Shown: piece after piece, positions 1 through 8,105 of the stretch
How the letters are laid out: the number at the start of each line of letters is the position of its first letter
How positions within the stretch are numbered: position 1 is the stretch's first letter
Assembly (NCBI GenBank): GCA_046497275.1
Contig: JAWOFX010000031.1
Coordinates: forward strand, 1-15,488
Source: Promethearchaeia archaeon
Lineage (GTDB): Archaea > Asgardarchaeota > Lokiarchaeia > Sigyniarchaeales > SOKP01
Reading direction: 5' to 3'
Length of the DNA stretch: 15,488 bases
Notes under the pieces: model-generated
What the model saw: only the letters and a program-made list of their open reading frames with translations
Told to the model about the DNA's origin: nothing
Databases searched by the model: none
Translations under genes and position numbers: made by a program

Positions 1-351
1 TCGGTTTCTGATGATAATATGGTCATATCCTGCTTGTTTCATATAAAATCCAAAACTCATACTTCCACAGGAATTAGCTATTGCTCCCGTAGCAGGGAAT
101 TTAGATAAGACAACCGTTCGGGAAGCACCAGGCATAATAGTTCCGACTAAGGGACCTGTTCCAATAATGATTATGTTATCAGAGGAGAGAGGCCTAATTT
201 CTGGAGTTATTAGTTCTGCTCCGAGTCGACAATTCATACCTATTCCCCCGATGTAATGAGTAATGTCTTCAGTGCTTTCTTTTTCAACTAAAATAGTACC
301 CGTTGCTAAATCAATATTGAGAATATTTCCCGTATAGCCGTTTTTATTCAT
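1..351 (-). CDS. aor: Aldehyde:ferredoxin oxidoreductase (W/Mo AOR family), N-terminal 117 codons; runs off the left edge
   Basis: Not in the ORF track. Hand translation from ATG at 351: MNKNGYTGNILNIDLATG...YIGGIGMNCRLGAEL...PLSSDNIIIIGTGPLVGTIMPGASRTVVLSKFPATG...SCGSMSFGFYMKQAGYDHIII. This matches the AOR N-terminal pattern (GY.G.IL.IDL, GG.G, PLS..N..I.GTGPL.GT, KSP.TG, AGYD.I.I). The start overlaps the ferredoxin stop (ATGA). Substrate class cannot be assigned. Confidence 0.9.
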   Translation of the reverse strand, partial: MNKNGYTGNILNIDLATGTILVEKESTEDITHYIGGIGMNCRLGAELITPEIRPLSSDNIIIIGTGPLVGTIMPGASRTVVLSKFPATGAIANSCGSMSFGFYMKQAGYDHIIIRNR

Positions 352-596
352 AAATCATCTTCCTCCACTATTTCCAATGCTTCATAAATACAATGCTCTA
401 TGCATAATCCACATTTTTTACAGGTGTCTAAAATTTTTAACTGTGGTTTATGCCCATAGGGAGTGCGTATTTTAATGTGAGAGAGATCTGGGTTAAATTG
501 TTTTGTAAATGTGAATGAGCAGATTAATTGACATATACGGCATCCAGTACAATTTTCTGGATTAAATCGAATATTGAAATCTGAGTGCAATTGCAT
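348..596 (-). CDS. 2x[4Fe-4S] ferredoxin-like protein, probable electron-transfer partner of the AOR
   Basis: Two CxxCxxCxxxC motifs (CTGCRICQLIC, CKKCGLCIEHC) in 82 aa; its TGA overlaps the AOR ATG. Confidence 0.9.
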   Translation of the reverse strand: MQLHSDFNIRFNPENCTGCRICQLICSFTFTKQFNPDLSHIKIRTPYGHKPQLKILDTCKKCGLCIEHCIYEALEIVEEDDL

Positions 597-782
597 TTTT
601 GATCATTTATATATTATTATAGATTATTAGATTAGATTTGTAAATAAAACTTTAATTAATATGAATCCTAAAAATCTACTAAAAATTATAAACACACTTG
701 AATATCATTTAAAGTTATCTAATTAAACTAAAAATGGTGAAAGAGAAAGAATTAGGAATTGTTTGAGAAAAGAATTATTATA

Positions 783-3056
783 TTATAGAATTTCTTTTTG
801 ATAAGGTAAGAAGACCCTCTTTTTAATTAACTTAAGAATGTTTTCCGCGTCTGCTACAGAAAATTTCCCTCGCTTTCCAATTAAATATGTTATAAAAAAA
901 TAATCAGTTTGTTCAGTGATAATATTTTTAGCTCTTTTTACCAATAATTTTTCTTCTGATGAGAGTTTTTTCATATGAATTTTTTCATTAATTTTTAGGG
1001 GATATGTTAGGGTTGTATTTAAGTGTTCATCAATTAAATCTCTAATACCTTCAAACTGTTTTATTTTACCACCTTGAAATTGACGGATTGACTCCCCATA
1101 GTATTTTTCTATACTTAATGAGAGATCTTTAATAGATTCAAGAAAATCTACAGAAGGATCTTCACTCATGATTAAGATTAAGCGAAAATTTTTAAATTCT
1201 GACATTAATATTTTGGATTTTTGGAAATCTAATTTAATAGTCTGCGCTAGTTCTTGAGTATTAGTGAGTTCGATGCCAAAGCTACGCATTGCTTCTAAGA
1301 ATCCCGAAACTAATGTAGCATTCATTTCTTTACCAGCAAATTTTTGTTGATATACCTCCAATCCAGATTTCTTATCAATTATTAAAATATATTGAAGGTT
1401 AAGGATATCCATATATTTATTATATATTTTTTGACGATGTTTTTCCTTTTTAGCTTTTTCTCGTTTGTAGACTTGATACGTTCCGATACTTACAGCAATA
1501 CCCACTATAGAGCCAACAACAATAGTGACTATTATCATAGGATCTAAGGTGAAAGGAACAGTTATTTGAAATACTTGAATTTGAATTCCTGCATCAGTGG
1601 CGTTGTTCCAAATGATATATCCTTTATAAATACCTTTAAGAGGATTTGAAGGTAATTGATATGAAAATGGGGTATCTGCAGATTGTTCCACTTTAGTTTC
1701 TTGATATTCTAAAAATCCATCTGAATCATACAAAATAAATGTTATGTTCCCTTCGGAAGTTGGAGAAACTGAGAATTGTAAGTCTTGTTGAGGTTCAAGA
1801 GTGAGAGACCCAAACGTAATTGAAAAATCGATTTTTTCTGAAATGGCTTTTATCTCCCAAGCAGCCACTTCTATTAAGTTATCAGGGATAACTATATATC
1901 TATTAATAGTATCGATTGTACAATTTTCAGAAACATCATTAGTATTTTTAAAGATTTTAATATTCTCCCAATTAATTGGATAATCAAATCTTATAGAATT
2001 ATTACAATTGCAAGATATAATATCTGGTTCAACCGTCCAATTAATATATTCTCCCGATTCTTTTATGATACTTGTTCCAAGAGAATGGAGATTTTTAGAA
2101 AATTTAGCGTAATAAGATATATTAAATAATAATTTTGATGACACATCGTTAAAAACTTCTATAGCAATAGGATTTCCATTATTCGAGGCATAGTTTATCT
2201 GAGTTAAATTTAATTTTCCAGTCGCTATTGTAGTTGTGTTTTCGACTGGATAAACATCATTTTTAATTTTTACTGACATATTCAAATCAGAGGGATAAAA
2301 TTGATCGATTTTTTTTTGATCTAATTTATATAGAAAAGTAGATTCATTATAAGAAAGCCACCCTCCTGAACTATAATGTATTGACCTATATAAATCTGGA
2401 AATTTTGGATCATTATAGTTATATTCCCATGAATAAGAGTAACCACCTGTTTGAATTTTAGACCTATTTATAACTAAAAAATAATTACCTTCAGGTAAGA
2501 TTTTGGGTAATGAAAAATTTTGATAATGCCATTTCAATTCATTTGTTATTTTTAAATTCTCTTGAACCAATATAGTTCCATTAGGAGTATTTGTTGCGCT
2601 ATTACATCCTTGTATTTGAAAATACATTATATCTCCGGGGTCAATTAAACCAACTCTTCCATATATATATGCTCCAAATATCTTTGTCTTAGATTCTAAT
2701 TTCATTTGAATAGCTAAAGCATCCTCTGCAGAATTTTTAGATATATCATCATCATCCGTGTTTTGAGAATTATTCTCTCCAATAAAGATTTCTCTTTCAA
2801 ACTCTATATCTGTGAAATTCATTTCGAGATTAGTTAAATTCCAACGATCATTTGAAGGAAGATCTAAAGCTATAGTGTTTAAATTTTGTGATGAATTAGA
2901 TCCTTCGGCAAATTCTAATATATCAAATTTGTGAGATGTACTATAATTAAATTCATCTGTTTGCGCACTAGAATAATTTGAGAATATAAATATAATTGTC
3001 AAATTGAATACAAAAAATAATACAAACAAAATAAACCTATTATTTACTCGTCTCAA
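783..3056 (-). CDS. Single-pass membrane glycoprotein: signal peptide, about 475-aa ectodomain, TM helix, cytoplasmic longin-like domain and short C-terminal helical domain
   Basis: TTG start; basic-hydrophobic signal peptide ending SSA|Q (aa 1-31); 18 N-x-S/T sequons in aa 32-506; TM aa 507-530 followed by KREKAKKEKHRQK; aa 552-680 has the Asgard longin-like pattern (ILIIDKKSGL..Y...F...LVSGFLEAM.SFG.EL...RLILI...Y...F.G....F....LI). Domain identity is by pattern recognition only. Confidence 0.75.
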   Translation of the reverse strand: MRRVNNRFILFVLFFVFNLTIIFIFSNYSSAQTDEFNYSTSHKFDILEFAEGSNSSQNLNTIALDLPSNDRWNLTNLEMNFTDIEFEREIFIGENNSQNTDDDDISKNSAEDALAIQMKLESKTKIFGAYIYGRVGLIDPGDIMYFQIQGCNSATNTPNGTILVQENLKITNELKWHYQNFSLPKILPEGNYFLVINRSKIQTGGYSYSWEYNYNDPKFPDLYRSIHYSSGGWLSYNESTFLYKLDQKKIDQFYPSDLNMSVKIKNDVYPVENTTTIATGKLNLTQINYASNNGNPIAIEVFNDVSSKLLFNISYYAKFSKNLHSLGTSIIKESGEYINWTVEPDIISCNCNNSIRFDYPINWENIKIFKNTNDVSENCTIDTINRYIVIPDNLIEVAAWEIKAISEKIDFSITFGSLTLEPQQDLQFSVSPTSEGNITFILYDSDGFLEYQETKVEQSADTPFSYQLPSNPLKGIYKGYIIWNNATDAGIQIQVFQITVPFTLDPMIIVTIVVGSIVGIAVSIGTYQVYKREKAKKEKHRQKIYNKYMDILNLQYILIIDKKSGLEVYQQKFAGKEMNATLVSGFLEAMRSFGIELTNTQELAQTIKLDFQKSKILMSEFKNFRLILIMSEDPSVDFLESIKDLSLSIEKYYGESIRQFQGGKIKQFEGIRDLIDEHLNTTLTYPLKINEKIHMKKLSSEEKLLVKRAKNIITEQTDYFFITYLIGKRGKFSVADAENILKLIKKRVFLPYQKEIL

Positions 3057-3324
3057 TCAGTTCCCCTATTATTAATAATGAAAATTTATTATGATCCAAC
3101 TATAAATAAAAAAATATAAATTTCTTATCTATAATCTAAAAATATTTCTATTTATATCTTTCAGTATAATATTTTCCCTTTTACAAAAAAGTCTTAGAAA
3201 TGAAAAAGATATCCAAGGGAGATAAATTAGCCATTTTTCCATTTTACTATAGCATGGGAAGTGTTATTTTTAGAAAACTTGAGTTATAAGATCACCAAGA
3301 GGAATACTTGTTTTCATAATCAAA

Positions 3325-4836
3325 TCAACTCCCTGCTATCCTCTCTGGATATTTTGTTTGGGCTTTTAAATTCTCGCGTAATATTAAGTTAAGAAGTTCA
3401 CAGCGTTTATCACTATAGTCGGGATCATCCCATAAATTATTCAATTCATGTGGGTCATTTTTGCGATTATATAAATCCCCAAATTCGGGAGCTTTTTCAT
3501 ACACAGTTAGTTTATAATCTTCGGTAATTAAATGTCGTAACCTTGATTCAAGCGGTCCAATTTCTTCATCGTTTTCGATTAAAACTGAATTTCGAAGACT
3601 AAGCGTCGGATCTTCTAAGATAGGAGTAATATCGAATCCTTGCATTTTAGGAGGATGATAGCGCTCTTTCACATTTAAAAGATTCAATATTGTTTTTGGG
3701 AGATCTATAGTACTGACTAAAGATTCACATTTTTTTCCTTTTGAAAGTCCTGGAACTTTCCATATCAAAGGAATTTGCAGAACACCATTAAATGGACAAG
3801 GCCCTTTAAACAATAATCCATGGTCTCCCATGAGATCCCCATGATCACTTGAAAAAATTACCATCGTATTTTTAGAAAATTCTAATTTTTCTAATGCTGC
3901 AAGTATTTGTCCTATACAATAATCGATATATGAGATGGAGGCATACGTCAATGCGGTAATATTTCTGACCTCTTCCTCTGTCGATTCGCGCAAAAAGGCT
4001 TTTTTAAAAGGGGGATTTTCAATTAAAGGTCCTAAATATGTGTGATCATATAATCTTTCAATATCATCAAAACTAGCGGGGAGTTCTATATCCACTGGCT
4101 TGTACTTTTTTTGGTATTTTTCTGGGGGATATAAGGGATAATGAGGATCTGGGAAGGAACAATGTAAATAGAAAGGTTTATCCCCGTACTTTCCATGGGC
4201 ATGACGTTCTAAGAATGCAATAGTTCTCTCCTTCACATATGTAGTATTGTATAAATCTCCTGGAATCGCATCGCAATAAAGACTGAATAAATTATCGTAA
4301 TTTACTATTTTTTTTCTCATTTTTTCAGCTTCTTTTGGAGATTTCTCTATCAACCATTCTAAATAGTGTCCAGCACATATACTCCCATTTCCAGAAACAA
4401 CTTCCACTTCTTCATACCCATAATAAGGTTTTGGAAAATTTTCTGAAGTAACTTCTTTTTTTGCCCATTCAACTAAACCTTCATAGGACTTATATCTATG
4501 TTTAAAAGGGGCCATCCAATATTGATGATGGATTTTTCCAACAGCAGCAGTATGCCAGCCTCTCTTTCTGAGAGTTTTTATCATGGTAGGGGCATCTTCA
4601 TCCAAATTAATTCCATTACTCCTTACTCCGTGAACATTTGGATACACTCCAGTTTCTAAGGTTGCTCTATTTGGCATACATATAGGATTAGTACAAAAAT
4701 AATTTGTAAACTTAACACCTTCCTCCGCTAATTTATCAATATTTGGAGTTTTCACCATTTCATTGCCCATACAACCAAGATGGTCATAACGTAAAGCATC
4801 ACACATTATAAAAAGAACATTCATTTTTTCACTCAT
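3325..4836 (-). CDS. Formylglycine-dependent (Cys-type) sulfatase / alkaline phosphatase superfamily hydrolase
   Basis: Motifs LFIMCDALRYD, CMPNRATLETG (CxPxR), GKIH, SFPDPH, SDHGD and a C-terminal ELYD-like LYN...DPHEL.NL. The ORF track starts at TTG 4845; ATG 4836 (MSEKMNVLF) seems more likely. No signal peptide. Confidence 0.92.
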   Translation of the reverse strand: MSEKMNVLFIMCDALRYDHLGCMGNEMVKTPNIDKLAEEGVKFTNYFCTNPICMPNRATLETGVYPNVHGVRSNGINLDEDAPTMIKTLRKRGWHTAAVGKIHHQYWMAPFKHRYKSYEGLVEWAKKEVTSENFPKPYYGYEEVEVVSGNGSICAGHYLEWLIEKSPKEAEKMRKKIVNYDNLFSLYCDAIPGDLYNTTYVKERTIAFLERHAHGKYGDKPFYLHCSFPDPHYPLYPPEKYQKKYKPVDIELPASFDDIERLYDHTYLGPLIENPPFKKAFLRESTEEEVRNITALTYASISYIDYCIGQILAALEKLEFSKNTMVIFSSDHGDLMGDHGLLFKGPCPFNGVLQIPLIWKVPGLSKGKKCESLVSTIDLPKTILNLLNVKERYHPPKMQGFDITPILEDPTLSLRNSVLIENDEEIGPLESRLRHLITEDYKLTVYEKAPEFGDLYNRKNDPHELNNLWDDPDYSDKRCELLNLILRENLKAQTKYPERIAGS

Positions 4837-5037
4837 GGTAACCAACTAAAAAATTATTATATCCTAATTATACCTAATGATTGTATTATTCTACTTTAGA
4901 TTCATTTCTATAAGTTAAAAATCTTATTGGAATAAAAAAACGTAATTTTACTACTTTATATTTAAAAATTAAAATAAAGAGAATGAATTGTTAAAATTTG
5001 TGAAAAAAATTAGAAAAAAGAAGATAGGAATAAACTA

Positions 5038-5613
5038 TTAACTTTTTAGCTTTTTTAGCACATAGGCAAAATTCTCTCCTAACGTTCTAAAGGTTCGTAT
5101 TCCCTCTTTATCATCTTTAATGTCGCCTGGAGCTAATCCATATCCTAAATTCCAATAACTAGACCCAACGACAATCATCTGGGCAATAAGGAAAAAATAA
5201 TTGATACTTTCAAACACATGGACCCCCCCTCCTCGTCTCACAGCAACCACTCCTGCCCCTACTTTTCTTTTTAATAGATCACCGCTAGCTCTACAAACAT
5301 AACCGGCTCTTTCAATCAAAGCTTTCATATTTGTTGATACATCAGCAAAATATGTCGGGGATCCTAAAACGATTCCATCTGCTTCGATCATTTTTTCAAT
5401 ATATTCATTCATTCCATCATCGGGTAAAACGCATTTCCCATCCTTATTTTCGGAACAAGTTCCACAAGCAGTACATCCTTGCAGGTTTTTTTGCCCCAAC
5501 CAAATATATTCACAATCAACACCCTTTTTACTTAATTCATCCATAACAATATTTAGAGCATGATATGTGTTTCCTTTTTTCCTAGCACTCCCATTAAATA
5601 AGACAACTTTCAT
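5038..5613 (-). CDS. Iron-sulfur flavoprotein (Isf-like) / NADPH-dependent FMN reductase-family flavodoxin
   Basis: N-terminal NGSARKKGNT FMN-phosphate loop, compact C-x2-C-x2-C-x7-C motif (CTACGTCSENKDGKC), ADGIVLGSPTYF and GAGVVAVRRGGG. Confidence 0.9.
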   Translation of the reverse strand: MKVVLFNGSARKKGNTYHALNIVMDELSKKGVDCEYIWLGQKNLQGCTACGTCSENKDGKCVLPDDGMNEYIEKMIEADGIVLGSPTYFADVSTNMKALIERAGYVCRASGDLLKRKVGAGVVAVRRGGGVHVFESINYFFLIAQMIVVGSSYWNLGYGLAPGDIKDDKEGIRTFRTLGENFAYVLKKLKS

Positions 5614-5716
5614 AATTTTTCAAATCACATTTATTTATTCTATTTCCTTTTAATTCTCAGAGAAATAAATTTATGCTATTTAATTTTTAATATATTAAAG
5701 ATTTTTACTAAAATTT

Positions 5717-6970
5717 ATGAATCAAAACGCATCTAATCTTCCAGAACTCTTAGCTCCAGTTCAAAATTGGAAAACTCTTAAATTTATTGAAAAAATCCCA
5801 GATTCTATATATTTTGGTATTGAGGATTTCAATATGAGGTTAAATGCTCAAAATTTTAAAAAAAAGGAGCTCAGAAAGATTGTAGAATATTGCCATTCTC
5901 AGGAACCACCATTGAAAGCATATTTATGTACAAATATCTTGATCTATAATTCAGAATTACAAGAGCTTAGAAATATTATAAGGGAAGCGAAGCTAGCAGA
6001 GATAGATGTAATTATCGCCCATGATATAGCTGCTATTGAATTTGCGAGAGAATTTGATGTCAATTTTCACATATCTACCCAAGCAAATGTTTCTAATATT
6101 ATGTCTGCCCAATTTTATGAAAATCTCGGTGCAGAGAGAATAATTTTAGCCCGAGAACTCTCGCTAAATCAAATAAAAGAAATTAAAAGGAGCTTAAAAT
6201 CCACAGAAATAGAAACTTTCATTCATGGTTCTATGTGTACTTCTATTAGTGGAAGATGTTACTTTTCGGCTACAATTACAGGATCATCGGAATATTCTGC
6301 AAATAGAGGCACTTGCGTCCAACCATGCCGTCGTGAATGGAAATTAATAGATGATCAAAAGAATGAATTAATTTATGATGGAGAGATGTTCTTAAATGCA
6401 AAAGATCTCTGTATGATTGAATACATTCCAGAATTAATTGATGCTAATATTGATGCCTTTAAAATAGAAGGAAGGATGAAGGATCCAGTTTATGTTAGGA
6501 CTGTATGTGAATGTTATAAAGAAGCCTTAATTAGTTATTATGATAATACATATTCGCAAGAAAAAATTGACAATTGGACAAAAAGACTTTCAAAAGTATA
6601 TAATCGGGGATTTCATACAGGGTTTTACTTTCAGCGTCCTTCTCTTGACCAAGTTCAATTTGATAAAAGAGGTAATATATCTCCTTGGAAAAAAGAGTAC
6701 ATTGGAAGAATTATTTCATTTAACAAAAATTCTAAGACTGCAAACATTCTTATTGAAAATAATAATATAAGATTGGAAGAAGGAGAAGAGATTCTTTTTG
6801 AAAATAAAGACAGTATAAAGGTTGATAAATTAAAAAAGATTCTTGTGAAAGGAAAACGTGTTAAATCATTAGAATTATCAGATAAAAATTCCTCTTTTGA
6901 AATTAATATCTCCATTAATAATGAAACTATACGAGGAAATAAAGTTTATAAATTTTCTAAAATATCTTAA
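5717..6970 (+). CDS. Peptidase U32-family Fe-S protein (TrhP/RlhA/UbiU-like hydroxylation factor)
   Basis: ELLAP, FHISTQANV, RIILARELSL, HGSMC-x6-C-x18-C-x3-C cluster motif, N.KDLC, KIEGRMK, plus a C-terminal beta-rich domain (YIGRIISF...). Confidence 0.9.
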   Translation: MNQNASNLPELLAPVQNWKTLKFIEKIPDSIYFGIEDFNMRLNAQNFKKKELRKIVEYCHSQEPPLKAYLCTNILIYNSELQELRNIIREAKLAEIDVIIAHDIAAIEFAREFDVNFHISTQANVSNIMSAQFYENLGAERIILARELSLNQIKEIKRSLKSTEIETFIHGSMCTSISGRCYFSATITGSSEYSANRGTCVQPCRREWKLIDDQKNELIYDGEMFLNAKDLCMIEYIPELIDANIDAFKIEGRMKDPVYVRTVCECYKEALISYYDNTYSQEKIDNWTKRLSKVYNRGFHTGFYFQRPSLDQVQFDKRGNISPWKKEYIGRIISFNKNSKTANILIENNNIRLEEGEEILFENKDSIKVDKLKKILVKGKRVKSLELSDKNSSFEINISINNETIRGNKVYKFSKIS

Positions 6971-7094
6971 AAATCTATGGAATAATATTTTTTTGATCAG
7001 AAATAAGTTATAATAATGTAATAATCATTAATCGAAAGAAAATAAATATTTTATTAAACCATTTTTGAAAAAACATACATTATTAATATAAAAT

Positions 7095-7769
7095 ATGTCA
7101 TTTGAAGAGAAACGGAAGGAATTAGTAGATGAGCTAAAGGAACGAGGAATATTAACTCAAAAAAATGTAATAAATGCAATGTTAAAAGTTCCAAGGGAAA
7201 AATTCATTCCTGAAAGTGTTCGATCCTCTGCTTATATTGATACTCCATTGGCTATAGGATCGGGTCAAACTATCTCAGCCCCACATATGAATGCTATGAT
7301 GTGTGAGATACTTGAACTCAAAAAAGGAGATAAAGTTCTTGAGGTTGGAACAGGATCAGGGTATCATGCTGCTTTATGTGCTGAAATAGTTGCACCAGCT
7401 AATTCAGATTCTCAAGGGCATGTCTATTCTATTGAACGACACGAGGATTTAGCAGAAGAAGCAAGGAAAAATTTCGGGGAAACAGGATATTCTCAAAGAA
7501 TAACAGTTATTATAGGAGATGGAACATTGGGATACAAAAGAGAAGCACCATATAATAAGATCTTAGTAACTGCAGCTTCTCCAAAGGAAGTTCCCCCTCC
7601 TTTAGAGGCACAGTTAGCTGAAGGAGGAATAATGTGTATTCCCGCTGGTGCAAAACGATTTACTCAATTTTTATATAAGATTACGAAAATAAACGGGACG
7701 ATTAAGCGAGAAAGAATAACAGGGGTAAGATTTGTCCCGTTATTAGGAAAATATGGATTTGAAAGTTAG
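7095..7769 (+). CDS. pcm: Protein-L-isoaspartate (D-aspartate) O-methyltransferase
   Basis: VPREKF, AY.D.PL.IGSGQTISAPHM, VLEVGTGSGY (SAM motif I), GDG..G....APYNKI.VTAA and VRFVPL.G. Confidence 0.96.
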   Translation: MSFEEKRKELVDELKERGILTQKNVINAMLKVPREKFIPESVRSSAYIDTPLAIGSGQTISAPHMNAMMCEILELKKGDKVLEVGTGSGYHAALCAEIVAPANSDSQGHVYSIERHEDLAEEARKNFGETGYSQRITVIIGDGTLGYKREAPYNKILVTAASPKEVPPPLEAQLAEGGIMCIPAGAKRFTQFLYKITKINGTIKRERITGVRFVPLLGKYGFES

Positions 7770-7771
7770 AT

Positions 7772-7939
7772 TCAACTAATTTTTGAATATTTATGTTTTT
7801 CTCGTCTTTTTTGTAATAATTCTTTACGTATATCGTTTACATACTTGCTTCTATCGATTTTTTCCTTTAAATAATCCTCACATGCATTCCAACATGCTTT
7901 AGTATCACAATTGACTCTACATTTATCAAGTTTAAACAT
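7772..7939 (-). CDS. Unannotated 55-aa Cys-rich micro-protein (micro-ORF A)
   Basis: Hand translation: MFKLDKCRVNCDTKACWNACEDYLKEKIDRSKYVNDIRKELLQKRREKHKYSKIS*. It has an SD-like AGAGGGGAT at 7953-7945, a C-x3-C-x4-C-x3-C motif, a stop 2 bp from the convergent pcm stop, and similarity to micro-ORF B. Confidence 0.75.
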   Translation of the reverse strand: MFKLDKCRVNCDTKACWNACEDYLKEKIDRSKYVNDIRKELLQKRREKHKYSKIS

Positions 7940-7944
7940 AGTTC

Positions 7945-7953
7945 ATCCCCTCT
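7945..7953 (-). promoter_or_regulatory. Shine-Dalgarno-like site for micro-ORF A
   Basis: AGAGGGGAT, close to the archaeal GGAGGTGAT consensus, ending 5 nt before ATG 7939. Confidence 0.55.
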
Positions 7954-8105
7954 TAATTTTACCTTTCTTGCATTAATTATATGTAAAAAAGGCATTATTA
8001 AGGTTCTCATTATAGTCTAGAATTTTAAATGAGATAACCGATATAAATTATAAATAAAGATATGCCTAAGTTCTCATAATTTAGCAAAAATAAGGGATGA
8101 TTTAC

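Noticed and set aside
615-640. Short ATTAG/ATTAT tandem-like repeats upstream of the ferredoxin
   Set aside because: Low complexity and too short to support a function.
1801-1983. 60-aa + strand ORF from the track
   Set aside because: Entirely antisense to the 757-aa membrane protein; no motif.
3200-3289. 29-aa + strand ORF MKKISKGDKLAIFPFYYSMGSVIFRKLEL
   Set aside because: Opposite strand to both neighbours, no ribosome-binding site, no motif or paralog.
3292-3327. Selenocysteine read-through at TGA stops (sulfatase, ferredoxin, micro-ORF A)
   Set aside because: Each TGA comes after a complete domain; the sulfatase frame closes again within about 10 codons, and I recognised no SECIS-like hairpin.
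5331-5546. 71-aa + strand ORF from the track
   Set aside because: Antisense shadow of the well-supported iron-sulfur flavoprotein.
6540-6770. 76-aa + strand ORF from the track
   Set aside because: Alternative frame inside the U32 gene; no independent evidence.
6655-6915. 86-aa - strand ORF from the track
   Set aside because: Antisense shadow of the U32 C-terminal region.
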